Below the pieces are notes generated by a model, which saw nothing but the letters and a program-made list of their open reading frames with translations, had not been told where the DNA came from and made no database searches. Positions 9,369 to 17,552 of a stretch of 64,000 nucleotides of DNA are shown here, in pieces (positions within the stretch are counted from its first letter, which is position 1; each line of letters begins with the position of its first letter). The DNA is taken from the sequence record PZ168832.1. One strand, 5' to 3'. Origin of the DNA: a phage. The position numbers and the translations under genes were made by a program.

Positions 9369-9643
9369 TTACTACATACAAAGTATTCTTTGTCAAGTGC
9401 ACATCATCTATTGATGACCAATTTACTGCTGGCAAGAATTATCCCGTGATTTCTGAGTCAAGGCTAGATATAATCTTGAACGATCATGAAATCTATGAGC
9501 CGATGCCAGCGACTGCGTTTGATGTTATCGGTCATGTTCGGATTAAGACGAATGTTGAAACGATGCATGACCCGTTGTTCAAGAAGCAAATCAAGAATGC
9601 CATGCAAGACTTTTGCGCGGCCATGTTTAAATATTATAAGTGA
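9365..9643 (+). CDS. Hypothetical protein
   Basis: 92-aa ORF. Confidence 0.45.
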   Translation: MITTYKVFFVKCTSSIDDQFTAGKNYPVISESRLDIILNDHEIYEPMPATAFDVIGHVRIKTNVETMHDPLFKKQIKNAMQDFCAAMFKYYK

Positions 9644-9650
9644 GTTGAAG

Positions 9651-9872
9651 ATGAGCAAGAAAACCCTTAAGGCTGGCGACCGTATCCGTTGGGTGTCAGG
9701 ACAGCATATGCGCGCAGGCACCATCCTTGAGCTGGATGAATACCTTACCGATTCGCGCGGTCGCAATCATTACCGTGTAAGAATCGATACAGTAAAAGAA
9801 GATGACAAGTCACTGGTTGGTGAAGTCGTCATCGTAACTCCACGTCAAATCAAGGCGGCTTGTGAAGCATGA
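9651..9872 (+). CDS. Hypothetical protein
   Basis: In-frame ATG at 9651 within ORF-track entry 9486..9872. Confidence 0.45.
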   Translation: MSKKTLKAGDRIRWVSGQHMRAGTILELDEYLTDSRGRNHYRVRIDTVKEDDKSLVGEVVIVTPRQIKAACEA

Positions 9873-10024
9873 ATAAATATCAATTTAGCGATAATAAAAT
9901 CAGTAAGGCAGATGCAATCAAGCAGCTTCGCCGCGTACTTGAAGCCAGCGGCCATACGAAAGAGCGCGCACGCGTCCTGGCCAAAGAGCATTATAAACGT
10001 TTTGTGTCACAAATCAGAGGTTGA
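9869..10024 (+). CDS. Small hypothetical protein (51 aa)
   Basis: ATGA overlap with the upstream stop; below ORF-track cutoff. Confidence 0.3.
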   Translation: MNKYQFSDNKISKADAIKQLRRVLEASGHTKERARVLAKEHYKRFVSQIRG

Positions 10025-10026
10025 CC

Positions 10027-10374
10027 ATGGCTCATGTTAAAGACGAAGTGTTGTATGGCGCAGAAATTAAGAAGCGCGTGCGTGAGATGGCTTCCGGTGG
10101 CACGCTGCTGCCGCCGCGCGTTCGATGCGACCATGTGATTGGCGTATCCGGCACGAAAGAGATGGGTGTGTTGGTAAAAGACATTCGCGTTGGCGATGTC
10201 ATGGTCATAGACCGACAAGCACGCGTCGTTATCCAGGTGCAACCGAACGATGATGAAGGCTGTGTTCTATTGAAGCTGAAGAAGCTTTCATCCAGCCCAG
10301 CGAAGGCCGTCATCAAGAAGGTGTGGCCCGAAGGATTACGCAAACTCATTCGTCGACCCGTGGAGAATGTATAA
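10027..10374 (+). CDS. Hypothetical protein
   Basis: GAGGT RBS then ATG at 10027 (track start 10021 is TTG). Confidence 0.5.
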   Translation: MAHVKDEVLYGAEIKKRVREMASGGTLLPPRVRCDHVIGVSGTKEMGVLVKDIRVGDVMVIDRQARVVIQVQPNDDEGCVLLKLKKLSSSPAKAVIKKVWPEGLRKLIRRPVENV

Positions 10375-10610
10375 TGGAAGATTATATCAACGCTATGTAT
10401 ATGGCATTCTATGTCGTGCAACTTCCCAATGGCGCGGTATTCTATGGCGAGTATACCTTTGACGTTCAATATGACGTTTCAGAGCGTACAGTGTTAACAA
10501 GGGAGTTAATCGCGGACCTTAAGGACGACATCAAACGCGTCGCGCGGCAGCAGTTCAATTTGGATGACACCGTCATCGTTCGAATTACCGGAATAACAGA
10601 GGTGCAGTGA
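10374..10610 (+). CDS. Hypothetical protein
   Basis: ATG at 10374 overlapping the upstream stop. Confidence 0.5.
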   Translation: MEDYINAMYMAFYVVQLPNGAVFYGEYTFDVQYDVSERTVLTRELIADLKDDIKRVARQQFNLDDTVIVRITGITEVQ

Positions 10611-10939
10611 TGACCCGTGATCAGATACTCGCCGCGCATGAGCGTGGATTGATAAAGGAAGTTTGGAAGAAGGCCAATGTCTTTGCTGATTCTTATTACT
10701 TCTTAAAGAAGTGCATAAAAGAAAATGCAAGAATGGGCAACACAGTATTGACTTTTAATCTTCTATCTTATGGCGAAAAGCTTAATGCAATATATGCTTG
10801 TCGACTAGCCAGCATGAAGTTCGATAGAGGAAACGACGGAGAGTTGACCATCTATCGATTCTCTCACCGGACGGGTGATACAAAGATAACAAGGACACGT
10901 GACCAGATAGAGATTGACCTACTCCACTATGTAAAATGA
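10610..10939 (+). CDS. Hypothetical protein
   Basis: ATG at 10610 in a GTGATGA overlap. Confidence 0.5.
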   Translation: MTRDQILAAHERGLIKEVWKKANVFADSYYFLKKCIKENARMGNTVLTFNLLSYGEKLNAIYACRLASMKFDRGNDGELTIYRFSHRTGDTKITRTRDQIEIDLLHYVK

Positions 10940-10945
10940 ATATCA

Positions 10946-10978
10946 AAAGGTGAGCTAAATGCTTGCCTTTTATTTTAT
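10946..10978 (+). terminator. Rho-independent terminator (copy 1 of a duplicated element)
   Basis: AAAGGTGAGC-TAAAT-GCTTGCCTTT hairpin (10 bp including 2 G-U pairs) plus T-tract; identical to 12199-12223. Confidence 0.55.
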
Positions 10979-10991
10979 CAATACTTATACT
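10963..10991 (+). promoter_or_regulatory. Sigma70-like promoter overlapping the terminator tail
   Basis: TTGCCT (10963-10968), 17-nt spacer, TATACT (10986-10991). Confidence 0.35.
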
Positions 10992-11023
10992 ATTTTCATC
11001 AAGACAAACAAGTGAGGCGAATT

Positions 11024-11341
11024 ATGATTTACTTAGGCATCGACCAGGAACAAGACGAGCGTTTAGGAAGCGTGTTAAACGTAGACTTAAACACAGCTGT
11101 ACACATCAAGCCTTGGCCAGAGGACCACGGCGACGTAGTTGTACCCGTTGCGCCTTGGACGCGTTACGTGGCCATTGACAATGACGGCCTTGTACATTGT
11201 TATTCAGAAAAGCCGACCTACTTCGAAAAGTATCACCAATGGCTCATGACTGGTTGGGCATTGGTACGCTGTTGCGGCGAAGTCGGTCTGGATGGCTGGA
11301 GCTTCGAGGCTAGTGAATCGTGTGTCGAGGTGCGATTATGA
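11024..11341 (+). CDS. Hypothetical protein
   Basis: TGAGGCG RBS then ATG at 11024; the ORF-track start lies inside the terminator. Confidence 0.5.
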   Translation: MIYLGIDQEQDERLGSVLNVDLNTAVHIKPWPEDHGDVVVPVAPWTRYVAIDNDGLVHCYSEKPTYFEKYHQWLMTGWALVRCCGEVGLDGWSFEASESCVEVRL

Positions 11342-11556
11342 ATGCCGCGCTGGGTAAGCTGTCTTTCAACAAGCGCAACGAGTTGCGTATGGTGTCGCGC
11401 TTTCAACAAACGCATTTATCACTAATCAAGATTGCAAACAAGGCCTACTCTCTAAATTGTCCTGAAGAAGAATGGAAAGAATTGAATGAGCGTCGTAAAC
11501 AATTACAAAAGGCTGCGTTTAAGCTGCAGCAATATGCCATGGAGTATGCAAAATGA
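11338..11556 (+). CDS. Hypothetical protein
   Basis: ATGA overlap with upstream stop. Confidence 0.45.
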   Translation: MNAALGKLSFNKRNELRMVSRFQQTHLSLIKIANKAYSLNCPEEEWKELNERRKQLQKAAFKLQQYAMEYAK

Positions 11557-11936
11557 GAATGAAGCGTTGCCCTTACTGCCACGATGTAATGCACCTTCCA
11601 CACGAAGAGTTTGTGCAGCACATGACTAACTGTGATAAGAATCCTAAGAGCGAAAGCCAACTTGAAGAAAGAATGTTCTTGGTGTCATTCAAAGCTTCTG
11701 CTTATGAAGTGCAACGTTCTTACGGCGCACCAAGTACGATTTACTGCCCAACAACATTGAGAAGCGACATCGACTCAATTCAGCTTGCGGCCTGGATTAA
11801 CGTTAAGGAAGGAGTCACGCCGCACTTTATTGCGCGCCTCCAATCTCAGATTCTACAAATGAAGCGCGAATACAACCGTGACATAACTGAAGTGAAGGTG
11901 TTGTCTATCACGCCTATGAATAAGGAGTTGCCGTGA
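11553..11936 (+). CDS. Hypothetical protein with Cys/His cluster
   Basis: N-terminal CPYCHDVMHLPHEEFVQHMTNC. Confidence 0.5.
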   Translation: MRMKRCPYCHDVMHLPHEEFVQHMTNCDKNPKSESQLEERMFLVSFKASAYEVQRSYGAPSTIYCPTTLRSDIDSIQLAAWINVKEGVTPHFIARLQSQILQMKREYNRDITEVKVLSITPMNKELP

Positions 11937-12193
11937 ACAAGGGTCCGATGACGAAGTTGGCCGTTGCCGCGCGGAAGCTTCGACAAGCCGTTAATGGGTC
12001 GCGGCCCGTGGCGTTAACACTCGACGATGCAAAGGCACTGGTAGAGCTGCTCGACGAGCACAACCGACGCAAGAATCTGGAGAACACATTACGCTGGCGC
12101 GTTACTCCGAAAGGGCGGGAGAGCGAAAAGAAAGCTTACTTGCGGCGCAAACTAAGGTCGGTCGGCCTTCACGAAGAGGCGAAGAATATTTAA
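11933..12193 (+). CDS. Hypothetical protein
   Basis: TAAGGAG RBS 5 nt before a GTG start. Confidence 0.45.
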   Translation: MNKGPMTKLAVAARKLRQAVNGSRPVALTLDDAKALVELLDEHNRRKNLENTLRWRVTPKGRESEKKAYLRRKLRSVGLHEEAKNI

Positions 12194-12198
12194 TTCAA

Positions 12199-12230
12199 AA
12201 AGGTGAGCTAAATGCTTGCCTTTTTATTTG
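12199..12230 (+). terminator. Rho-independent terminator (copy 2 of the duplicated element)
   Basis: Same hairpin sequence as 10946-10970, followed by TTTTTATTT. Confidence 0.55.
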
Positions 12231-12243
12231 CCTGTATTATACT
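12216..12243 (+). promoter_or_regulatory. Sigma70-like promoter overlapping the terminator tail
   Basis: TTGCCT (12216-12221), 16-nt spacer, TATACT (12238-12243). Confidence 0.35.
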
Positions 12244-12265
12244 TAGTTCATCAAGCAAAGGAGAA

Positions 12266-12574
12266 ATGATTATGAGTTACGACGAAAGGTTTGGCAGAAG
12301 CGGATTATTTCATGACGCTGTACACAAAGACAGCAAAGATGTTGTCTGCGCATTCAAGGTTGATTCTTACGGTACACTGAAACCTTTTAAGGTCGGCGAA
12401 ACATACAAGCTGTTTCACGGCTGGTTGACGCGTCGCAACAACTTGCCTGACGTGGAGGTGTGGTGGATAGAATACAAGGGTCAGGCTCATCGGTGCAAGG
12501 TTGTAGAGATGCACGGCGTCAAATACTATCAATCGATCATCAGCGGCTTTGTTTTTAAAGAGGGTGAGCTATGA
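12266..12574 (+). CDS. Hypothetical protein
   Basis: AAAGGAG RBS then ATG at 12266; the ORF-track N-terminus is a terminator artefact. Confidence 0.5.
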   Translation: MIMSYDERFGRSGLFHDAVHKDSKDVVCAFKVDSYGTLKPFKVGETYKLFHGWLTRRNNLPDVEVWWIEYKGQAHRCKVVEMHGVKYYQSIISGFVFKEGEL

Positions 12575-12876
12575 GTACAGAAGCGATGAAGAAAAAGATT
12601 TTGAACGCTTTGCAAGAAGGCGTGAACTGTGGTGCTATCAAAGAGTTTAATGAGGCGCAAGTCAGCGGAGAGAATGCAATAGGATTTAGTAATAATAAAG
12701 GCGGCATCGCCGCAATCCTTTTGTTAAACAACACCGATGATAAGTTTATACTTTACGTCGGAGGGTATGAGCTTGTTGTTGATGATTTATTCATCACTTG
12801 TGCCGACGGCCTTAACCCTATGTTGACATTTGAACGTTGCGGAATTCGTGTTGCAACGTTTGGAGGGAATTTATGA
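12571..12876 (+). CDS. Hypothetical protein
   Basis: ATGA overlap. Confidence 0.5.
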   Translation: MSTEAMKKKILNALQEGVNCGAIKEFNEAQVSGENAIGFSNNKGGIAAILLLNNTDDKFILYVGGYELVVDDLFITCADGLNPMLTFERCGIRVATFGGNL

Positions 12877-13058
12877 GTACCGAAGTCCATAACGCTTCAG
12901 CACTGGTGAGCTTTTACCGCAACAAAGGCGTGTCACTCGTTAAAACGCCGCAAGGCATGCTGTTCTTTGGCACGCGCTTCCTTAAGGCTTCGGAGCGTGA
13001 AACGCTGTCCAAGTTTGACCAGAAAACATTGCACGCAGTTTGGAGAAGACAACAATGA
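12873..13058 (+). CDS. Hypothetical protein
   Basis: GGAGGG RBS then ATG at 12873. Confidence 0.45.
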   Translation: MSTEVHNASALVSFYRNKGVSLVKTPQGMLFFGTRFLKASERETLSKFDQKTLHAVWRRQQ

Positions 13059-13291
13059 CATCCAATCTTAAAGCCCGTTTGTTATTCATCAAGCCGCATG
13101 TGCCTTATAAGATTAGTAAGCGCACCTGGCTTAACATTTACAACCGCAGCGGCGACCGTTGTTTGTACAAGGCAAAGCGACGCAAGAAGGTATATTTAAA
13201 GGCTGTGGTGTCGCATCCTGTTGATGCATTCCTCGTCGGCGAAAATGAATTATCAATCGGCTATCAAATTGAATTAGGAGTAAAGAAATGA
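13055..13291 (+). CDS. Hypothetical basic protein
   Basis: ATG at 13055 overlapping the upstream stop. Confidence 0.45.
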   Translation: MTSNLKARLLFIKPHVPYKISKRTWLNIYNRSGDRCLYKAKRRKKVYLKAVVSHPVDAFLVGENELSIGYQIELGVKK

Positions 13292-13614
13292 AAATCGAAC
13301 AACTCGAAGCATTATTGGAAATGGCTGTAAAGGCAGGCGCAATAAAAAGCTATCGCCGCGAGAAGTCTGACGATGCTGCGCACTTTTGTCGCAACTTCTA
13401 TATTGTCGGCAACCTTAACGACCACTACACCATCGAGTGGTATACTAATATGATGACGCTTAAGTCGCGCACCATGGAGCTTTGGTGCGATGACGTTTGT
13501 CTTTCTCATAGCCACCCGTGCTACGACGTTGCGCTTGGATTCTTTTACAAAAGCAACCAGCCAATCGCCCACATCGGAGAGAAGTACGACCACTTGAAGG
13601 AGAAGGTTGAATAA
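13288..13614 (+). CDS. Hypothetical protein
   Basis: ATGA overlap. Confidence 0.5.
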   Translation: MKIEQLEALLEMAVKAGAIKSYRREKSDDAAHFCRNFYIVGNLNDHYTIEWYTNMMTLKSRTMELWCDDVCLSHSHPCYDVALGFFYKSNQPIAHIGEKYDHLKEKVE

Positions 13615-13955
13615 TGGAAGAGCAAGAAGGTCGTGAGCTAACGTTCGACGAGCAAATGAAAGAGCTTCAGCGCACATCGCCGCTGCGCGGTAAGATTGTT
13701 GACATCGAGGCGAGCGAATCCAATCTCACCCAGTGGCGGCTCAAGTGCACCAGCACAAGCAAGGATATGTTAAGCTTCAAAGTCGGTCATACTTATTTGC
13801 TTTATGAGGCAAAAGGACTTATTATTGATGGAAGGCAAATTGTCTTCACCGTCGTCAACGGCATGCGTTGGTTCGTGAAGCGTGATGTCGAGGGCCGTGA
13901 CATGTTTGTCGCAGGCTTTCTAGAAACAAGATTCCAATTGGAGAAGGTTAAATGA
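13614..13955 (+). CDS. Hypothetical protein
   Basis: 113-aa ORF. Confidence 0.5.
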   Translation: MEEQEGRELTFDEQMKELQRTSPLRGKIVDIEASESNLTQWRLKCTSTSKDMLSFKVGHTYLLYEAKGLIIDGRQIVFTVVNGMRWFVKRDVEGRDMFVAGFLETRFQLEKVK

Positions 13956-14284
13956 AATTGAAATGGTATGTGGACCCTGAGCCGACAGGCCAATACAGGT
14001 CATTCCAACGTCGCGGCTGGCCGACTTGTTACAGCGGCAATCCCGATAAAGAAGACTGCGAGCTGCTTGCCGCTATCGTAAGCCTCGACCATCACGGCTA
14101 TGAAGGCCACTACGCGAGAGCAACCAACCTTCGGCTCAAGGTGCGCATCCATTTCAAGGTCGCAGGCGAGGACCGCACCGGACTCTCCAAGGAAGAGTTC
14201 AGCAGCATCGCCGACGCAAAGGCGTGGCTCAAGGCTTTCTATAAGAACAACCCTAAATTCTATCCAACTAAGGATGCATCATGA
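13952..14284 (+). CDS. Hypothetical protein
   Basis: ATGA overlap. Confidence 0.5.
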   Translation: MKLKWYVDPEPTGQYRSFQRRGWPTCYSGNPDKEDCELLAAIVSLDHHGYEGHYARATNLRLKVRIHFKVAGEDRTGLSKEEFSSIADAKAWLKAFYKNNPKFYPTKDAS

Positions 14285-14772
14285 CTAATAAAACTCAGCG
14301 CATCAAGTTCGAAGGCAAAGAATACAAAATAGACGTTCGTGCAAGATTCATTGCGCGCGATTCCAATGGCGGCATTTGGTTGTATGAGTCAAAACCTGTA
14401 TGGGAAGAGCGGCGCGGCCAGTGGTTGTACGAGACTTGTGGTTCGGTTTGGTGCGAGCGCATCGACCAAGTGAAGACGTTGAAAAAGAACCGACCAGCAT
14501 CACGAGATTCTCTGCAAGAAGTCGAATCAATCAAAATCCAAGACCCAGCAACGTCGACCGATAAACAATACGCAGTCGGGCAACGTGACATCGAGCAACT
14601 CGACGAGGGTGGCTATTATACGCGCCACATCTATGCCATGACTCATGAAGGACTTTACAGCAAGTCAGACATCGCCGCTGAACTGGCTCACCGTGACTTG
14701 CAAATTGACCTTCTCAAGATAGAAGTGCAAAACTTACGCAACACCCTGTTAAATACTTGGAGCTTAAAATGA
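14281..14772 (+). CDS. Hypothetical protein
   Basis: 163-aa ORF. Confidence 0.5.
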   Translation: MTNKTQRIKFEGKEYKIDVRARFIARDSNGGIWLYESKPVWEERRGQWLYETCGSVWCERIDQVKTLKKNRPASRDSLQEVESIKIQDPATSTDKQYAVGQRDIEQLDEGGYYTRHIYAMTHEGLYSKSDIAAELAHRDLQIDLLKIEVQNLRNTLLNTWSLK

Positions 14773-15194
14773 TACAACGTTACGACCTGACATATGATGT
14801 GGTATCAGAAGATTGCGCCATCACTCCCGTTCCAGAGAGTCATGAAGGACGTTTTGTTGAATATGAGGACTATGCTGCGCTGGAAGCGAAATATAGTGAA
14901 GCGCAACGCGAGTTGGTTGCATTACGCTCACAGGTCCGTGATGCGTCGGCGCTTGTTAAGCAGTTGCACGACGTCGTTGCTACTATAGGCGTGGATGATG
15001 ATGCACCGAAGGAGGAAGCGTGGACCGTGTGGCTTGGTGGAGATAATCCGGTGCCTGGGAAGATGGTTGAGTTTGAATTACTCAACGGTTATAAATCAAA
15101 AGCTGCCGTTCCTTCGGACAGTTTGACATGGGATAAAGTCACAAGCCCGACTGGTGCAAAGATTATTGCCTATCGGGTCGTTAAGGAGGGGTGA
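14769..15194 (+). CDS. Hypothetical protein
   Basis: ATG at 14769 overlapping the upstream stop. Confidence 0.5.
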   Translation: MIQRYDLTYDVVSEDCAITPVPESHEGRFVEYEDYAALEAKYSEAQRELVALRSQVRDASALVKQLHDVVATIGVDDDAPKEEAWTVWLGGDNPVPGKMVEFELLNGYKSKAAVPSDSLTWDKVTSPTGAKIIAYRVVKEG

Positions 15195-15643
15195 TGGGTA
15201 AAAAGCTTATCGCCGCTGGTTGGGCCATCCCGAAGTGGGCTCATCGTGCGCACTACTTTGATGAAGGAGAAGTGCAAAGCCTTTGTGGTCGCGCAACTTA
15301 TTTCGGTGATGAGCGCGTCAGCGGCGATTACATCGACTCGCTTTTAGGCAAAGGTGATTGCAAGAAATGTCAGGATATATTAAGAGATATTCTTACGCAA
15401 AGAGGATTGCTTGAGCTTGATGAATCGGAGGAAGTAATTGAACTTAAGCTTGAAGCGAATTACCTTATTTATACGTTCAAGAACTATTACGCAACTAATA
15501 TGCGCTCAAAAATGAGCGAGGAAGTAATAGAAAAGGTGTTCACCTACAATCCGCTAAGGATGAATAAAACTAAATTGAAGAAGTTTAATATAATGTTAAG
15601 GAAAGAATTTAAAAGGCTTGGAGTGAAGAATTTTATATTTTAA
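15194..15643 (+). CDS. Hypothetical protein
   Basis: AGGAGG RBS then ATG at 15194; last gene before a strong terminator. Confidence 0.5.
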   Translation: MGKKLIAAGWAIPKWAHRAHYFDEGEVQSLCGRATYFGDERVSGDYIDSLLGKGDCKKCQDILRDILTQRGLLELDESEEVIELKLEANYLIYTFKNYYATNMRSKMSEEVIEKVFTYNPLRMNKTKLKKFNIMLRKEFKRLGVKNFIF

Positions 15644-15660
15644 TAGTGATTAATGTTAAG

Positions 15661-15684
15661 AGGGCCGATTGGCCCTTTTTGTTT
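15661..15684 (+). terminator. Rho-independent terminator ending the plus-strand early array
   Basis: AGGGCC-GATT-GGCCCT hairpin followed by TTTTTGTTTG. Confidence 0.6.
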
Positions 15685-15798
15685 GCCTGTGGAATGTGAG
15701 GCTTTTGTGGTTATTTACGATTCAAGGCTGTAATTTAAGAGAGCGAAAATATTATAATAATTTATCAAGATTATTGCATATTGTGGCAATCAACGTTT

Positions 15799-16499
15799 AT
15801 ACGTATTTATGACAGTTTAATCCACTAAATAATACGGATAGAACAGTGAGGAAAATACAGCGGTGTATTTTAGTGTAAATATTGAATCAAAAATAAATAA
15901 TTATGGTGCTATTATATACGCAGATTGTTTGTAATTTATAGGATATTTTATCGTGGAGTATTGGCTAACGGTGCGTTAGCCGTGGGTCTTGGTGCTTGTG
16001 GTGTTGATGCTCAGAATTTTAATAATGTTTTAGTTTTAGTAATCGTAGTCAATGATGATACGTATAAGAAAATGAGAGTCACCCCTTCACAGGATATTGT
16101 ACCGTGGCCCTGTGGTGCGCCGCGCCTGGGATTGCTGGTATACACTGGTGCTATTTTGCCGCGAAGGCAGTCATTCATACGTATCATGACGTATCATTGG
16201 GCTATTGATTTATAAGGAAAAATACGCTGATACGGATGATACGGGTGCAAACATAATATATATAGAATTCCAGAAAATTAATTAACTCCATTTTGAATTA
16301 ATTTAAATTAATTTTTTTCTACATCCTCATACTTATACTAAACTTATATTTATACGTATCATCCGTAAGATATAAGTAAAAACAAAGACTTGCGGCAATA
16401 CGGATGATACGTCATGATACGCTTCAACCAGCCATCTGCGGCTAAGTCATTGATTTGCATAACAAGCGGCGAAAGGGATGGATTTCTTTTATACGTATC
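15799..16499. repeat. Iteron cluster A: 9-10-bp CGTATCATC / GATGATACG units in both orientations around an AT-rich core
   Basis: Units at about 16057-16065, 16176-16200, 16229-16245, 16353-16369, 16398-16422, 16491-16499; AT-rich core 16261-16316; 8-bp palindrome GGCTAACG..CGTTAGCC at 15962-15980. Confidence 0.6.
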
Positions 16500-16635
16500 A
16501 AACAGTACACCACGCACCACGGTCCGCAATCCACGCAGCATTATGATTTGTGTACATTTATAGCCATAATGAACATCAATCTGCACTTGAATATAATGTC
16601 CATCCATTGTATAATTCACACTATTAATTTGCACT

Positions 16636-17124
16636 ATGGGATTTTGCACTATGAGTCAAGACTATGTAGCGATGCCTGAAGACTTTGAAGACCCGCGATT
16701 TGCAGAGCACAATCAGGCTTTATTCGATGAGTTCATTGACCTTGTTATTCAGGGCCATGACATGCGCGCAGCTTTTGCACTAGTATTTGGAATGGAAGTT
16801 GCAACGGATAACTACACTGGACAGCGAATCCTTTGCGCGCAACGCAACCCATACTACAAAATGCGCTTCAAAAAGCGTATGGAAGAGATGCCACTCAAGG
16901 ATTTGTGGAGCGTAAAAGGTGCAATTCACAATTTGGTTAAGCTTGTGCGTGATCCAGAAGTCGCGGCGTCAGCCAAGCTTAATGCTATTCGCGAACTGAA
17001 TATCATCTACGGCATCACGATGATTGATGAAAACGGCAATAGTAAAATGGGCCGTTCCATGGACGATTTCTACAAGGATTTTGGAGAGGCAGCCAAAGAA
17101 GGCGAGCAATTCTCCCGCCACTAG
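16636..17124 (+). CDS. Terminase small-subunit-like DNA-binding protein (tentative)
   Basis: N-terminal FDEFIDLVIQGHDMRAAFALVFG and QRNPYYKMR resemble the small-terminase HTH pattern (F..EY..d.n...AA..AGYS ... LL.NP.V), by recall only. Alternative starts at 16651 and 16672. Confidence 0.4.
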   Translation: MGFCTMSQDYVAMPEDFEDPRFAEHNQALFDEFIDLVIQGHDMRAAFALVFGMEVATDNYTGQRILCAQRNPYYKMRFKKRMEEMPLKDLWSVKGAIHNLVKLVRDPEVAASAKLNAIRELNIIYGITMIDENGNSKMGRSMDDFYKDFGEAAKEGEQFSRH

Positions 17125-17142
17125 CCAATTTGCACTATAAAA

Positions 17143-17178
17143 CGGCCCTAGAACACATCTTCTCCACTTCTAGGGCCG
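17143..17178 (+). other. 11-bp perfect inverted repeat (stem-loop) just after the terminase-small-like gene
   Basis: CGGCCCTAGAA, 14-nt loop, TTCTAGGGCCG; no T-tract follows. Confidence 0.3.
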
Positions 17179-17523
17179 TCGGTAATACGACGGGGAAGGT
17201 TGCAACCGTAAACGCGTTAGAAAGTGTATTATTATAAGTCATCTTTTAGTCACCTTACGTAACAATTTACGACCTTCAGCCGTCCAATCGAACGACTCCA
17301 CCAGCAGATTCGCACTATAACCTAAGATGATGCGCCCTTTCTCGTTATCGACCCGCCAACAAGTCTCGAATAGCATTCGATTTGCACTATTAACTATCGC
17401 CGCAACGCGCGTAGGGTAAACGCAATTTGCACTATGGTCATAAAGGGATAAGGTGCGACCACTTCCGATGGACAACGTAGCGATGAGAATGAGCGTATTC
17501 ATAAGCCACCAATTTGCACTATG

Positions 17524-17546
17524 AAAAGCGACCCCGAAGGGCCGCC
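17524..17546 (-). terminator. Rho-independent terminator ending the minus-strand arm of the cassette
   Basis: On minus strand GGCGGCCC-TTCG-GGGTCGC (7-bp stem with one G-U, TTCG tetraloop) followed by TTTT. Confidence 0.45.
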
Positions 17547-17552
17547 ATTCGA

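Noticed and set aside
10963-11178. ORF-track entries 10963..11178 and 12212..12574 starting at the ATG in CTAAATGCTTGCC
   Set aside because: That ATG sits in the loop of the duplicated terminator hairpin; real starts are the RBS-preceded ATGs at 11024 and 12266.
15799-16499. CRISPR array
   Set aside because: Repeat units are only 9-10 bp, irregularly spaced, occur in both orientations, and there is no repeat-spacer periodicity or cas gene.
15925-16679. Three ORF-track entries (15925..16215, 16359..16649, 16455..16679) inside iteron cluster A
   Set aside because: They overlap iterons and AT-rich sequence, have no RBS, and show no codon periodicity; treated as non-coding.
17182-17190. T7-promoter-like string TAATACGAC
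   Set aside because: Only the first 9 nt match the 23-nt T7 consensus; the downstream sequence diverges completely; judged coincidental.
17239-17502. 87-aa minus-strand ORF
   Set aside because: Lies beyond the cassette terminator; its frame is kept open largely by three copies of the AATTTGCACTAT motif read in reverse (each encoding S-A-N); RBS spacing is only 3 nt.
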